Made by a program: the position numbers and the translations under genes
Virus record (IMG/VR): IMGVR_UViG_3300044612_002367
Strand: one strand, 5' to 3'
DNA length: 20,000 bases
From: an uncultured virus (IMG/VR IMGVR_UViG_3300044612_002367)
Lineage: Duplodnaviria; Heunggongvirae; Uroviricota; Caudoviricetes
The notes under the pieces: model-generated
What the model saw: the letters and a program-made list of their open reading frames with translations, nothing else
Told to the model about the DNA's origin: nothing
Database searches by the model: none
In this document: piece after piece, positions 1 through 8,373 of the stretch
Numbering within the stretch: the first letter of the stretch is position 1
Layout of the letters: the number at the start of each line of letters is the position of its first letter

Positions 1-1
1 G

Positions 2-3000
2 CCAACAACTCAAGCACTATCGGCACGAGAGATGGCTGATGCTTTAGTTAGATCAGCTAAATCTAATCCCGATAACATATCTAGAATCAACGGTGTCTTA
101 CAGAGATCATCAATACCTGGTATAATAAGAAAACAGAATACAAAACGTACAGATAGTCTTGTTGATAGTTTAGCACGAAGTCCTGAAACTATAAAAATGC
201 TAGAAGCCGCGGGATTTGGACCAGCTTATCAAGCTTCAGGTGGATTAATTAAAAATTTTGCAATTGGCGGGTTGGCAGATGCTACAGAAGAAATGTCGGG
301 ATTGATGAGAGGACTTTATGGAAATAGATCTTCAGAAAATCAGCAGTCTCAAAAGAAAGCAAAACAGTTTGGTAAAATAGCATTAAGAAATGACGGATCG
401 GATATCACAGCAACATACTTTAAACAAGGAGCGGATGCATTATTGTCTGGTTCTGAGATGAGATCTGGCCAAGTAACAGCATCCAAAATAGATAGCAATT
501 TATATGCGGTGCGCTTATCAGCAGCAACTAAGGGATACGGACCAAGACTTTATGACGTGGCCATGGAAGCAGCCACAGAAAATGGAGGTATGTTAACTTC
601 TGATCGTAATACTGTTAGCGGTGATGCTAAAAAGGTTTGGGAATACTATTTTAAAAATAGAGGAGATGTTAAGAAAACACCACTAAAACCAGCTAACTGG
701 ACCAAGAACCAAGCAAATATTGATCCTAAACTATATGGTAATGAAGATACGTGGCCACCAGCTACTGATCCAGCATGGGTACTACAAAGTGGATATAGTA
801 AGAGTCCAAGCTTAATTAATGATTCTAATAGTGTTGTTAGAATGGATAAACAAGCACAGAGTAGTGCATTAACAGCACTACAGTTTTTCCAATCCAAATC
901 TATGAACTTAGCTAGTGGTGGCTCATTAAACAAAACAGTGCCAGCTATGGTTAGCAATGGCGAAGCGTATGTTCCACCAGAAACAGCAAAAAAGATTGGA
1001 TATGCTAAATTAAATAGGATGAATCAGGCCGACCGCAATGGTATGAAAGGTTTTGCCAGTGGCGGCATAAGCGTATTTAAAGGATCTGGTAGTGGTACTA
1101 GTGATAGTATAGGTCCTGTTGGATTACCAGAAGGTAGCTTTATAATAAGAGCAAAAGCTACTAAAGCACTACGATTAAATAAGGGTGGTAGTATTGGTAG
1201 ACCAAGAAGATTTTTTAAGGGTGGAGTTGCTGACAAAGATGTTACTAGAGCACAAGGAACAGTATTACAAGACTTAAATCAAGCAGTATCATCATTCGAG
1301 TCTATACTAAATATTTTGGGTCCAGGAATAAGAGACTCTATTCTTGATGGATTTATGGGAATAGAGGCCGTCGCCTCTGGACAAAAGCAAAAATTAATGA
1401 GTGGTGATATATTTGATGATACTACTCGTGGTAGGGCCAATGCGTCTGGTAAATCATCTAGTATTGGTTTGCAAATTTTAGGATCAAATGTAGCAGCTAC
1501 TACAGAAACAGTAGCACACGAAGCCGGACATTTAGCCGACTACTCTTTGGGTGGAAAAACAGGACAGATGGCTAGTGACACAAAAGGCACTTTCCAGTTC
1601 GCTTTAGTGGAAGTTGTTAAAAAACAAATGGAAGAAGCATTTAAAAAAGCTGGTAAAAGTGCTGATGATATAGAAAAATATTTGGCTAGCAATAAAGAAT
1701 TATTTGCTGAATTTTTTGCTAAAGCGTCTCCAGAAGTAAAAGCTATTATTACATCAACTACTGATGCTAAAGAAGGAATGAAAGCATTAGCTGATCATTT
1801 AGGAGATGCTGGATATACATATGCTGGTTTAGAAGCTTCTGATATTGATCCTTCAAGATCTAAGCCAAGTCAAAAATCGTCAAGTAATGTTGTTAATTCA
1901 ATAAAATCCACCGTATCTTCAGTTTTTAGCGGTATGAAGAATAAAATCTTCGGAGGTGGTTCGGGTTCAACCCCGCCAACTGCTCCGCCAAGTACTCCTT
2001 GGCCATCAAGTATGATGAAGTATACAACACAGGCCAAAGTTGCGACAAAAGAAAAAGAAGACGAAGAAAATGATAATCAATTTATGGAGTATAGAGCAAG
2101 GAAAGAGGGGATTACCACTGGTGCTTTTAAATTAAATGTTGCTAGAAGACTAGGTAAATCAGCCTATGAAATAAGAGATAATTTTGCTGGTCGTAAAGAG
2201 GAAATGAAATATGAATTAGCTGGTAAACAAGATAGATTAAGAAATATTGGATCTACAATAGCTACAGCTAAATTTAAAGCTGGTGGATCAGACGCTGAAG
2301 CAGAAGCCGCTAGAACCCAACTAGCCGACGCTAACTCTAGATTAGCAGCTGAAGCCGAAAATATAGCTCAAGAGATGAGAAGCCTTAATCCAACACTTGA
2401 CATGGATCAAGTTACTAAAGCATCAAAAGAAATAGCTGATTTGTTAAGTGAAGGCAAGCTTAAAGAAGCGCAAAAGGCTATGGTCGATGCTATTGGAGAT
2501 GTTCCTGGTCCGGCTTTAAGTATGAAGATAGCTATGGAGCAAATGTCCAAAGAGCTAGGAATTTCAGTCGAGATGTTAGAGCGCAATTTTGGAAAAGGTA
2601 AAGGGGCAAAAGATGTTGAGCGTCAACAATTTGTTCAAAGTAGAGAAGGCCAAAGATTTGGAATGTTAGCTGAATTTGCTCCTGATGCTTTGGCTAAATT
2701 TAGTGGATCTAGATTTGGTAAAGGAGTTGGAGGTGCAGCAGATTTTATTAGTGGCAAGGGTGGTAAATTTAGTCAAGCTTTTGGAAAAATGGGTGGACTA
2801 ACAGGTTTGGGTGGGGCATTAGCTGTTGGCGCCGATCAATTTGAAAGAAATGTTACTATTACTGATCCTAATACTGCTGGTGTGGTGGGAGGCATAGGTG
2901 GTGCCGGTACTGGTTTAGCTAGTGGATCATTATTAGGTGGCCAAATAGCTGGTCCTGTAGGAGCGCTAATTGGTGGTGTTACTGGTGCTCTGGTAGGAGC

Positions 3001-6000
3001 TATTAATGGTGCCGTTAATGCTTTCCAAACTAAAAAATTAGAAAATAATCTTAAAGCTCTAGACAAAGCTAGTACTGATCTTGAAACAGCGTTTAAAAAA
3101 TTGGAATCTGTTTCTAATGATGCTAACAGAGCAGAAGCTCAAAGTAAACTTAATGCTAAAGTTGGAGCAATAACCAATGTGGCTGGTCAGGCTAATTTTG
3201 GCGCTGGTGGCACAGCACGAACTATTACAGAAACTTTAAGAGCATTAGATCCTACAGGTTTAGTTGGAACATTTACAGGACAAAAACAAGAAGGCGAAGC
3301 TAGAGATGCTATGGTATCTGGTCTTAGTCAGCTTACTTTAGATGCTGATAGATTAGGAGCAAGTCAACTCAATAAAGCTAGTACAAGTAGCATAACAAGC
3401 TTTTTAGATAGCACCAAGGGAATGGATGAACCAGCTAAACAATTAGCTATGGCTAGAGCTAATCAAGGTTATCAAGTTATGGCTGCTGGTGGAATGAAAG
3501 AAAATGATATTTTCTTAAGTAAATATATGGCTCAACAAAAACAACAAGGTAAAACATCAGAACAACTTAGTAAAGAATTATCTGATCCAAAAGCTAGAGA
3601 AAGAGCTATCCAGTCTGGTAAGGAATTATTAGCGGTTGAAGGAGAAATTGCTCTTAAACAAGCTGTGTTGTCCAGAACTGCTAAAGATTTAGCTGTTGCT
3701 ACAGAACAACTACTAGATGTTTATAGAAGAGCCACAGCTAGTTTAGATAGATATAGTGCTGAACTAGAACAGTTTGAAAATAATGTAATGACTTCAGCAG
3801 ATGATATTAGTGGTAATCCAAGAATGAGATCTGTCAATCGTCAGAATGAACAGGTCTTAGGAAATATTAGCGCTTATAGTATGGATGAAGTTAAAACAGT
3901 AGCAGAACAAACAGCTAGTTTAGCTGGTGGTGGAGATGCTGGTAATAAGCTTAAGAATGAAATTATTGGAGCAAAAATACTTAAAGATGAACTGCCAAAA
4001 GCTTTAAGAGGAGCACAAAACGGAGATGTTGACGAAGTTTTGGATAAATTAAAAGAAAGTTTTGGTTTAGCTGGAGTAGAATTTTCAGATTCTTTAAGAA
4101 CTCAACTATCAGATACTTTAAGGTCTAAAACAGAAGGTAGACAAGGAGTGGGTTTGGGCGATATAGCAGATGATCCTTCTATACTAGAGAATATAACAAA
4201 AGGTAGAGAGGAATCTCTTAAATTTGCACAAGCATTACAACAAAAATATAATGACACTATTCAAACAGCTATTAATCTTCAAGCTAAATATAATGAAAAA
4301 ATTGGACAAGCAGAAGAATACCAAAGAAAAGCTGCTAGTATCAGAATTAATGCCGAATTAGAGCTAGCTAGTGCTTTGGGTCGCGCTCCTACACTAAACG
4401 AGCTTAATCAGCCATTCGATCAAGAAGTTAAGAGTATGACTTCTGGATTAGTAGCTGGTGGTACTACTGATCCAGCAGCAATTTCAGCAGCGATGACAAC
4501 AGCTCAACAAAACGCTAACGATATACAGCAAAGATTAGATAATCCAATGACAGCATATGCTGGTATGGATGAAGCTCAGAGAAATGAAGCAATAAAAAAT
4601 GATATAGCGGCGTTAGGTAAACAAAAAAGAGCATTAGATAATGGTAGTAAAGCTTTAGAAAAATTAGCTAATGACGGTACTAAAGCAGCTAATGCATTGG
4701 GCAAAATTAAAGAAAGACAACAATTAGCAGATAATGCTAGAGGAGTAGCTAGAAAATTATTAACATCTGATAGTGGCGAGCTGATGGATTTTGAACGACA
4801 GATGAGTGCTTATACTAGAACGGTTAGTGGTCAAGCTTCTAATCAAGAACTAGGTAGTTTACAATTTAGACAAGATGCTTTTAGTGGACTAGATAATATC
4901 AAATCTGTGCTTCCTGAAAATATTGCTAAACAGATGGAGGCTAAGCTAACACGATCTATGATATCAGCTAACCCGCAAGGTCAGCAAATATTAAATAGTG
5001 TTATTGGTATGGATAGTGAAGGAAATCCAATGACAGTAGATCAAAGTTTACAAATGGCCGAACAAGGTAAAGATCCTGTTCAAGAACAATATATTCAAGC
5101 ATATAAAGCTGCTACAGATGCTCAAGCAGCAGCTGCTGATGCTTTAGCTAATAAAGCTTTAGAAGCAGCAAAAATATTAGCAGATGGATCTGCTCAGTTG
5201 ATGGGTGATCTTAAAGCTGGTGTACAAGGCAAAGTTGCTGAATTAGGACAAGTTTTACCAAACGCTGAAGCGGCCGCTAAAGCTGATCCTAAGCCAGAAG
5301 TTAAGACCGAGGAACCAACAGGTGACCTATCAACAGGAGCAGCATCAGTTAATACTGTAGATATTCCAGGATTGTCAGAAAATGTTGATGCTAGTAAAAA
5401 TAACACCAACGCTCTTATTAGCTCTGCATTAGCAATGGCTGAATTAATGGCAGCTATATTTATTTTGAAGAAAGCCTTTGATGCTTTTGGTGGCGGCGGC
5501 ATCAGAGATATGATAGGGAATGTTTTGGGTGGAGGTAGAGGTAGGAGTAAACGCAGAAGAAGAAAAGGTAAAAAATCATCTGGTTCGACAGGTTCATCGG
5601 GTTCATCTCCTACGGCTGGTAAAAAGAGAAAGACTAAAAAAACCCGAGGCGCTACTACAGCCTCTGCTAGTAAACCTTCTACTACTAAACCAAAAGTAAG
5701 AGGTAAGAGTAGAAAAGGGCGAGGGGTATTGAGTGGTGCTTTATCTATGTTTGGATTAGATATGGCTGCTGGTATGCTTCCAGAGGGCGCTCAAGACGCT
5801 GCGTATACAGCCATGGATGCTACTGATGTAGCACTAGATGTTAGAGATGCGGCAACAGCCACACGATCAGCTAAACCTGGAGCACCACGCTTTGGTGGAG
5901 TTGGAACAGCAGTTGCGATCAACACAGCCATTAATGCTGCTACAGAAGGAATAGACTTTTTATCAGATCCAGAGGCTTACGATAAAGCTAAAAGAGAAAA

Positions 6001-8362
6001 AACACAAGCTGGATTAGACGCTGTTAGAGATAGAACCAATCTAGGCTTCGCTTCCGATACCGCTTCGGGAGCAGTGGAAGGATTTTTCAATCCTGTTACT
6101 AAAATCGTAGAGGGTGGATATGCAGGAGCGGCTCTTCATCAAGATAGACAAGATATGGCCGAAAGACAAGCTAAAACAGACAGAATGATGGAAGAGTCTA
6201 AAAAAACCAACGTTTATGGATTAGACAGAGCACAATTCAATCAAGCCAATGAAGAAGCATCTTTAAGGTCTCAATTAGAACAAGCACAAGCTAGTGGTAA
6301 TACTCAAGAACAAGCTAGACTACAAGCTAGTATATCTGGTATGCAAAAGGCTAAACTAAGCAGTGGCGCCCTATCCACAGGATTTTTTGGCGGAGTATCA
6401 GAAAATGAAACATATACAAAAGCTGTTCAAGATATGGTACAAAAAAGAAAAGCTGAAGCTGAAGCTGCTAAAAAAGCTGCTGAAGACACCAAGCCAAAAA
6501 CAGAAACCGAAAAACCCAAAGAAACTACCCCAGCAAAAGAAGCATCGAGCGCTAAAACAGAAGTAGAAATTTCTAAAGAATCAACAGAAGCCTCAAAGCC
6601 TGTCACCACAGAACCTTCTAAAACAGCAGAAACCAAGTCCAAAGATAGTTTAGAAACCTCAGAAACTAAACCAATTTATATGAGTGTTCTTGAGAAGATA
6701 GCATCTATACTAGAGAGTAAGGGAGTCTCTTCGACCAAGGATGTTGTTGATGCTGTAAAATCTAGTTCAGAAACAACATCCACACAAGCTGCTCAAACTC
6801 AAGCCGCAACTACAACAACCCCTCAAGTATATAGTTCAACAGCTCCTAAATCTAAATCTACAAATCAAACAGACATAGTAACTAATACTATGACCCCAGA
6901 ACAACAAAAGGCTATTGAAGATAAGAAAAAAGCAGATAAGGAATTTTCTGATAAATATAGACAACAAAATCCAGAGTATGGAGCAACCGCTGATCAAATA
7001 GCTGGAGGAAAATCTTCATTGGAAGCTAGATCAGCTCGTGGTGAAAAACTTTCAGAAAATCAACAATATGAATTAGAAGAACAAAGAAGAGAAGAATATT
7101 TTCGTAGACGTAATAATGGAGAGAAAGATCTAGATTATGATCAAATGGTATACGCTAGACAACAAAGAGCATTAGAATATGAAAATAAAGATAAACCAAG
7201 CACTATCAGACCAACACCAGGAGTTGGTAATATTCCATATACTGGTGATATGAGAACGCCTGGAGATCCTAATGCTCTTAGACTGCCTACAACCAGTACG
7301 AACACAGCACAATCATCAGCAACACCAGCTACTACTTTTAGTAAACAGCAATCTCTTAGATTAGCACAATTAGCAACCAAGGGTAAGCTCAGAGTTAGTG
7401 AAGAAGGACTACCAATCGGTAGAAGCTATGATCAAGAAAATGAATATAATGATTTAAGAACACAACAATTAGAAGCTAATCCTAAAATGAAAAATAAACA
7501 AAGATTAGCAGAGCTTAAGAGAAAAGGAGCATACAGAATTGGGTCGGACGGATTACCAGTAGGCAGAAGTCAAGAAGAACAAGGCGAATATCAACAACTT
7601 CAACAAGAAAATATGACGCCGTACCAACAAGCTCAAAAATCAAAAAGAGAAGCATATTTGTCTCGTTTCAGACCAGAAGTTAGAAATAGAATGATGACGG
7701 AAGATGAAAAAGCCGCCCAAAGACTAGCTTCAACAACCACAACTCAAGGCAGTGTAATGGCTGGTGGACCCGGTTCTACATCTTCGGTCAATAATCAGGC
7801 ATTTGGCGCATCCACATCCAACATTAGTGGTCAATCGTTAAGTCTTGCGCAATCTCTTCCTATCAGTTTCCACTTGCCAAGCAGCCAAGCAGGATTAGAC
7901 GCTATGACTGCGACAATACCAAATCAGATGTCTGCTTTGTCTGGCCCAATTCCGACCTCACTACCAACCCAAACCATGTCACAACAAACCGGATCTGGCC
8001 CACAAGCAACTCAACAAAATAACTCTTCAACAGCCACAATGCTCAGTCTTGATCCAACAGCACTAGAAGCTATGACATCATTTAATAAAACATTTGGTGA
8101 TTATGTTAATCAATTAGCTGGTATAAGCATACCTAACCAAGTAACTATTAGTGGCAACTATACTGTGGATCTTAAGATCAGCGGAGCCGCTGCTATAGAA
8201 GCACTAGATAAGAAGATTAAAGAAATTGGAGAAACCCTAGTAACAAGCACAGACTTTACAACAGCGCTCAATGAGCTTAGAGACGAAACATCAAGAGCTA
8301 CTAAGAATGCTGTTAAGTCTTCAGCAAGTAGAGGATCAGTTAGTTCATCTAGCGAAGGATAA
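2..8362 (+). CDS. Giant tape-measure-like tail protein (5'-truncated, >=2786 aa) with embedded enzymatic domains
   Basis: The frame is open upstream of the ATG at 32 (CCA ACA ACT CAA GCA CTA TCG GCA CGA GAG from position 2), so the true start is probably outside the window. The protein is Ala/Gly/Gln/Lys-rich with long helical/coiled-coil-like stretches. It has a glycine-zipper segment (GGIGGAGTGLASGSLLGGQIAGPVGALIGGVTGALVGAINGAV), FAxGG motifs, and VPAMVSNGEAYV / GSGTSDSI...PEGSFII motifs typical of phage tape measure proteins. It lies directly upstream of tail-like genes. Stop is TAA at 8360-8362. Confidence 0.8.
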   Translation, partial: PTTQALSAREMADALVRSAKSNPDNISRINGVLQRSSIPGIIRKQNTKRTDSLVDSLARSPETIKMLEAAGFGPAYQASGGLIKNFAIGGLADATEEMSGLMRGLYGNRSSENQQSQKKAKQFGKIALRNDGSDITATYFKQGADALLSGSEMRSGQVTASKIDSNLYAVRLSAATKGYGPRLYDVAMEAATENGGMLTSDRNTVSGDAKKVWEYYFKNRGDVKKTPLKPANWTKNQANIDPKLYGNEDTWPPATDPAWVLQSGYSKSPSLINDSNSVVRMDKQAQSSALTALQFFQSKSMNLASGGSLNKTVPAMVSNGEAYVPPETAKKIGYAKLNRMNQADRNGMKGFASGGISVFKGSGSGTSDSIGPVGLPEGSFIIRAKATKALRLNKGGSIGRPRRFFKGGVADKDVTRAQGTVLQDLNQAVSSFESILNILGPGIRDSILDGFMGIEAVASGQKQKLMSGDIFDDTTRGRANASGKSSSIGLQILGSNVAATTETVAHEAGHLADYSLGGKTGQMASDTKGTFQFALVEVVKKQMEEAFKKAGKSADDIEKYLASNKELFAEFFAKASPEVKAIITSTTDAKEGMKALADHLGDAGYTYAGLEASDIDPSRSKPSQKSSSNVVNSIKSTVSSVFSGMKNKIFGGGSGSTPPTAPPSTPWPSSMMKYTTQAKVATKEKEDEENDNQFMEYRARKEGITTGAFKLNVARRLGKSAYEIRDNFAGRKEEMKYELAGKQDRLRNIGSTIATAKFKAGGSDAEAEAARTQLADANSRLAAEAENIAQEMRSLNPTLDMDQVTKASKEIADLLSEGKLKEAQKAMVDAIGDVPGPALSMKIAMEQMSKELGISVEMLERNFGKGKGAKDVERQQFVQSREGQRFGMLAEFAPDALAKFSGSRFGKGVGGAADFISGKGGKFSQAFGKMGGLTGLGGALAVGADQFERNVTITDPNTAGVVGGIGGAGTGLASGSLLGGQIAGPVGALIGGVTGALVGAINGAVNAFQTKKLENNLKALDKASTDLETAFKKLESVSNDANRAEAQSKLNAKVGAITNVAGQANFGAGGTARTITETLRALDPTGLVGTFTGQKQEGEARDAMVSGLSQLTLDADRLGASQLNKASTSSITSFLDSTKGMDEPAKQLAMARANQGYQVMAAGGMKENDIFLSKYMAQQKQQGKTSEQLSKELSDPKARERAIQSGKELLAVEGEIALKQAVLSRTAKDLAVATEQLLDVYRRATASLDRYSAELEQFENNVMTSADDISGNPRMRSVNRQNEQVLGNISAYSMDEVKTVAEQTASLAGGGDAGNKLKNEIIGAKILKDELPKALRGAQNGDVDEVLDKLKESFGLAGVEFSDSLRTQLSDTLRSKTEGRQGVGLGDIADDPSILENITKGREESLKFAQALQQKYNDTIQTAINLQAKYNEKIGQAEEYQRKAASIRINAELELASALGRAPTLNELNQPFDQEVKSMTSGLVAGGTTDPAAISAAMTTAQQNANDIQQRLDNPMTAYAGMDEAQRNEAIKNDIAALGKQKRALDNGSKALEKLANDGTKAANALGKIKERQQLADNARGVARKLLTSDSGELMDFERQMSAYTRTVSGQASNQELGSLQFRQDAFSGLDNIKSVLPENIAKQMEAKLTRSMISANPQGQQILNSVIGMDSEGNPMTVDQSLQMAEQGKDPVQEQYIQAYKAATDAQAAAADALANKALEAAKILADGSAQLMGDLKAGVQGKVAELGQVLPNAEAAAKADPKPEVKTEEPTGDLSTGAASVNTVDIPGLSENVDASKNNTNALISSALAMAELMAAIFILKKAFDAFGGGGIRDMIGNVLGGGRGRSKRRRRKGKKSSGSTGSSGSSPTAGKKRKTKKTRGATTASASKPSTTKPKVRGKSRKGRGVLSGALSMFGLDMAAGMLPEGAQDAAYTAMDATDVALDVRDAATATRSAKPGAPRFGGVGTAVAINTAINAATEGIDFLSDPEAYDKAKREKTQAGLDAVRDRTNLGFASDTASGAVEGFFNPVTKIVEGGYAGAALHQDRQDMAERQAKTDRMMEESKKTNVYGLDRAQFNQANEEASLRSQLEQAQASGNTQEQARLQASISGMQKAKLSSGALSTGFFGGVSENETYTKAVQDMVQKRKAEAEAAKKAAEDTKPKTETEKPKETTPAKEASSAKTEVEISKESTEASKPVTTEPSKTAETKSKDSLETSETKPIYMSVLEKIASILESKGVSSTKDVVDAVKSSSETTSTQAAQTQAATTTTPQVYSSTAPKSKSTNQTDIVTNTMTPEQQKAIEDKKKADKEFSDKYRQQNPEYGATADQIAGGKSSLEARSARGEKLSENQQYELEEQRREEYFRRRNNGEKDLDYDQMVYARQQRALEYENKDKPSTIRPTPGVGNIPYTGDMRTPGDPNALRLPTTSTNTAQSSATPATTFSKQQSLRLAQLATKGKLRVSEEGLPIGRSYDQENEYNDLRTQQLEANPKMKNKQRLAELKRKGAYRIGSDGLPVGRSQEEQGEYQQLQQENMTPYQQAQKSKREAYLSRFRPEVRNRMMTEDEKAAQRLASTTTTQGSVMAGGPGSTSSVNNQAFGASTSNISGQSLSLAQSLPISFHLPSSQAGLDAMTATIPNQMSALSGPIPTSLPTQTMSQQTGSGPQATQQNNSSTATMLSLDPTALEAMTSFNKTFGDYVNQLAGISIPNQVTISGNYTVDLKISGAAAIEALDKKIKEIGETLVTSTDFTTALNELRDETSRATKNAVKSSASRGSVSSSSEG
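440..700 (+). other. GNAT-like (acetyltransferase-fold) domain embedded in the tape-measure-like protein
   Basis: VRLSAAT-KGYG-PRLYDVAMEAA (KGYG at 530-541) resembles the GNAT motif A acetyl-CoA loop. It is followed by LTSDRNTVSGDAKKVW, resembling the 'S-x-x-A-x-x-x-W' helix of phage GNAT-like domains. The region is aromatic-rich and globular-looking, unlike its flanks. Boundaries are approximate. Confidence 0.55.
1250..1850 (+). other. Zincin-like metallopeptidase domain embedded in the tape-measure-like protein
   Basis: TVAHEAGHLAD (HExxH at 1517-1531), plus a downstream SNKELFAEFF helix (ELFAE at 1697-1711) that could supply a third Glu ligand, as in gluzincin/MPTase-type domains. Boundaries are approximate. 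Confidence 0.7.
7358..7610 (+). repeat. Two diverged 48-aa tandem repeats near the C-terminus of the tape-measure-like protein
   Basis: RLAQLATKGKLRVSEEGLPIGRSYDQENEYNDL (from 7358) and RLAELKRKGAYRIGSDGLPVGRSQEEQGEYQQL (from 7502); period 144 nt. Confidence 0.85.
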
Positions 8363-8373
8363 GGATAAAAATT

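Noticed and set aside
32..34. ATG at 32 as the true start of the giant ORF
   Set aside because: The frame is open back to position 2 and there is no convincing RBS, so the gene probably starts upstream of the window.
5528..5725. Basic patch as a true nuclear localisation signal implying a eukaryotic virus
   Set aside because: SD-coupled operons and phage tail and recombination genes indicate a prokaryotic virus.
646..7380. Short ORFs inside the giant gene (646-957, 1024-1236, 2836-3066, 5194-5502, 6363-6566, 6427-6642, 7141-7380)
   Set aside because: These are antisense or off-frame shadows of a long gene with biased codons; none has a recognisable motif.
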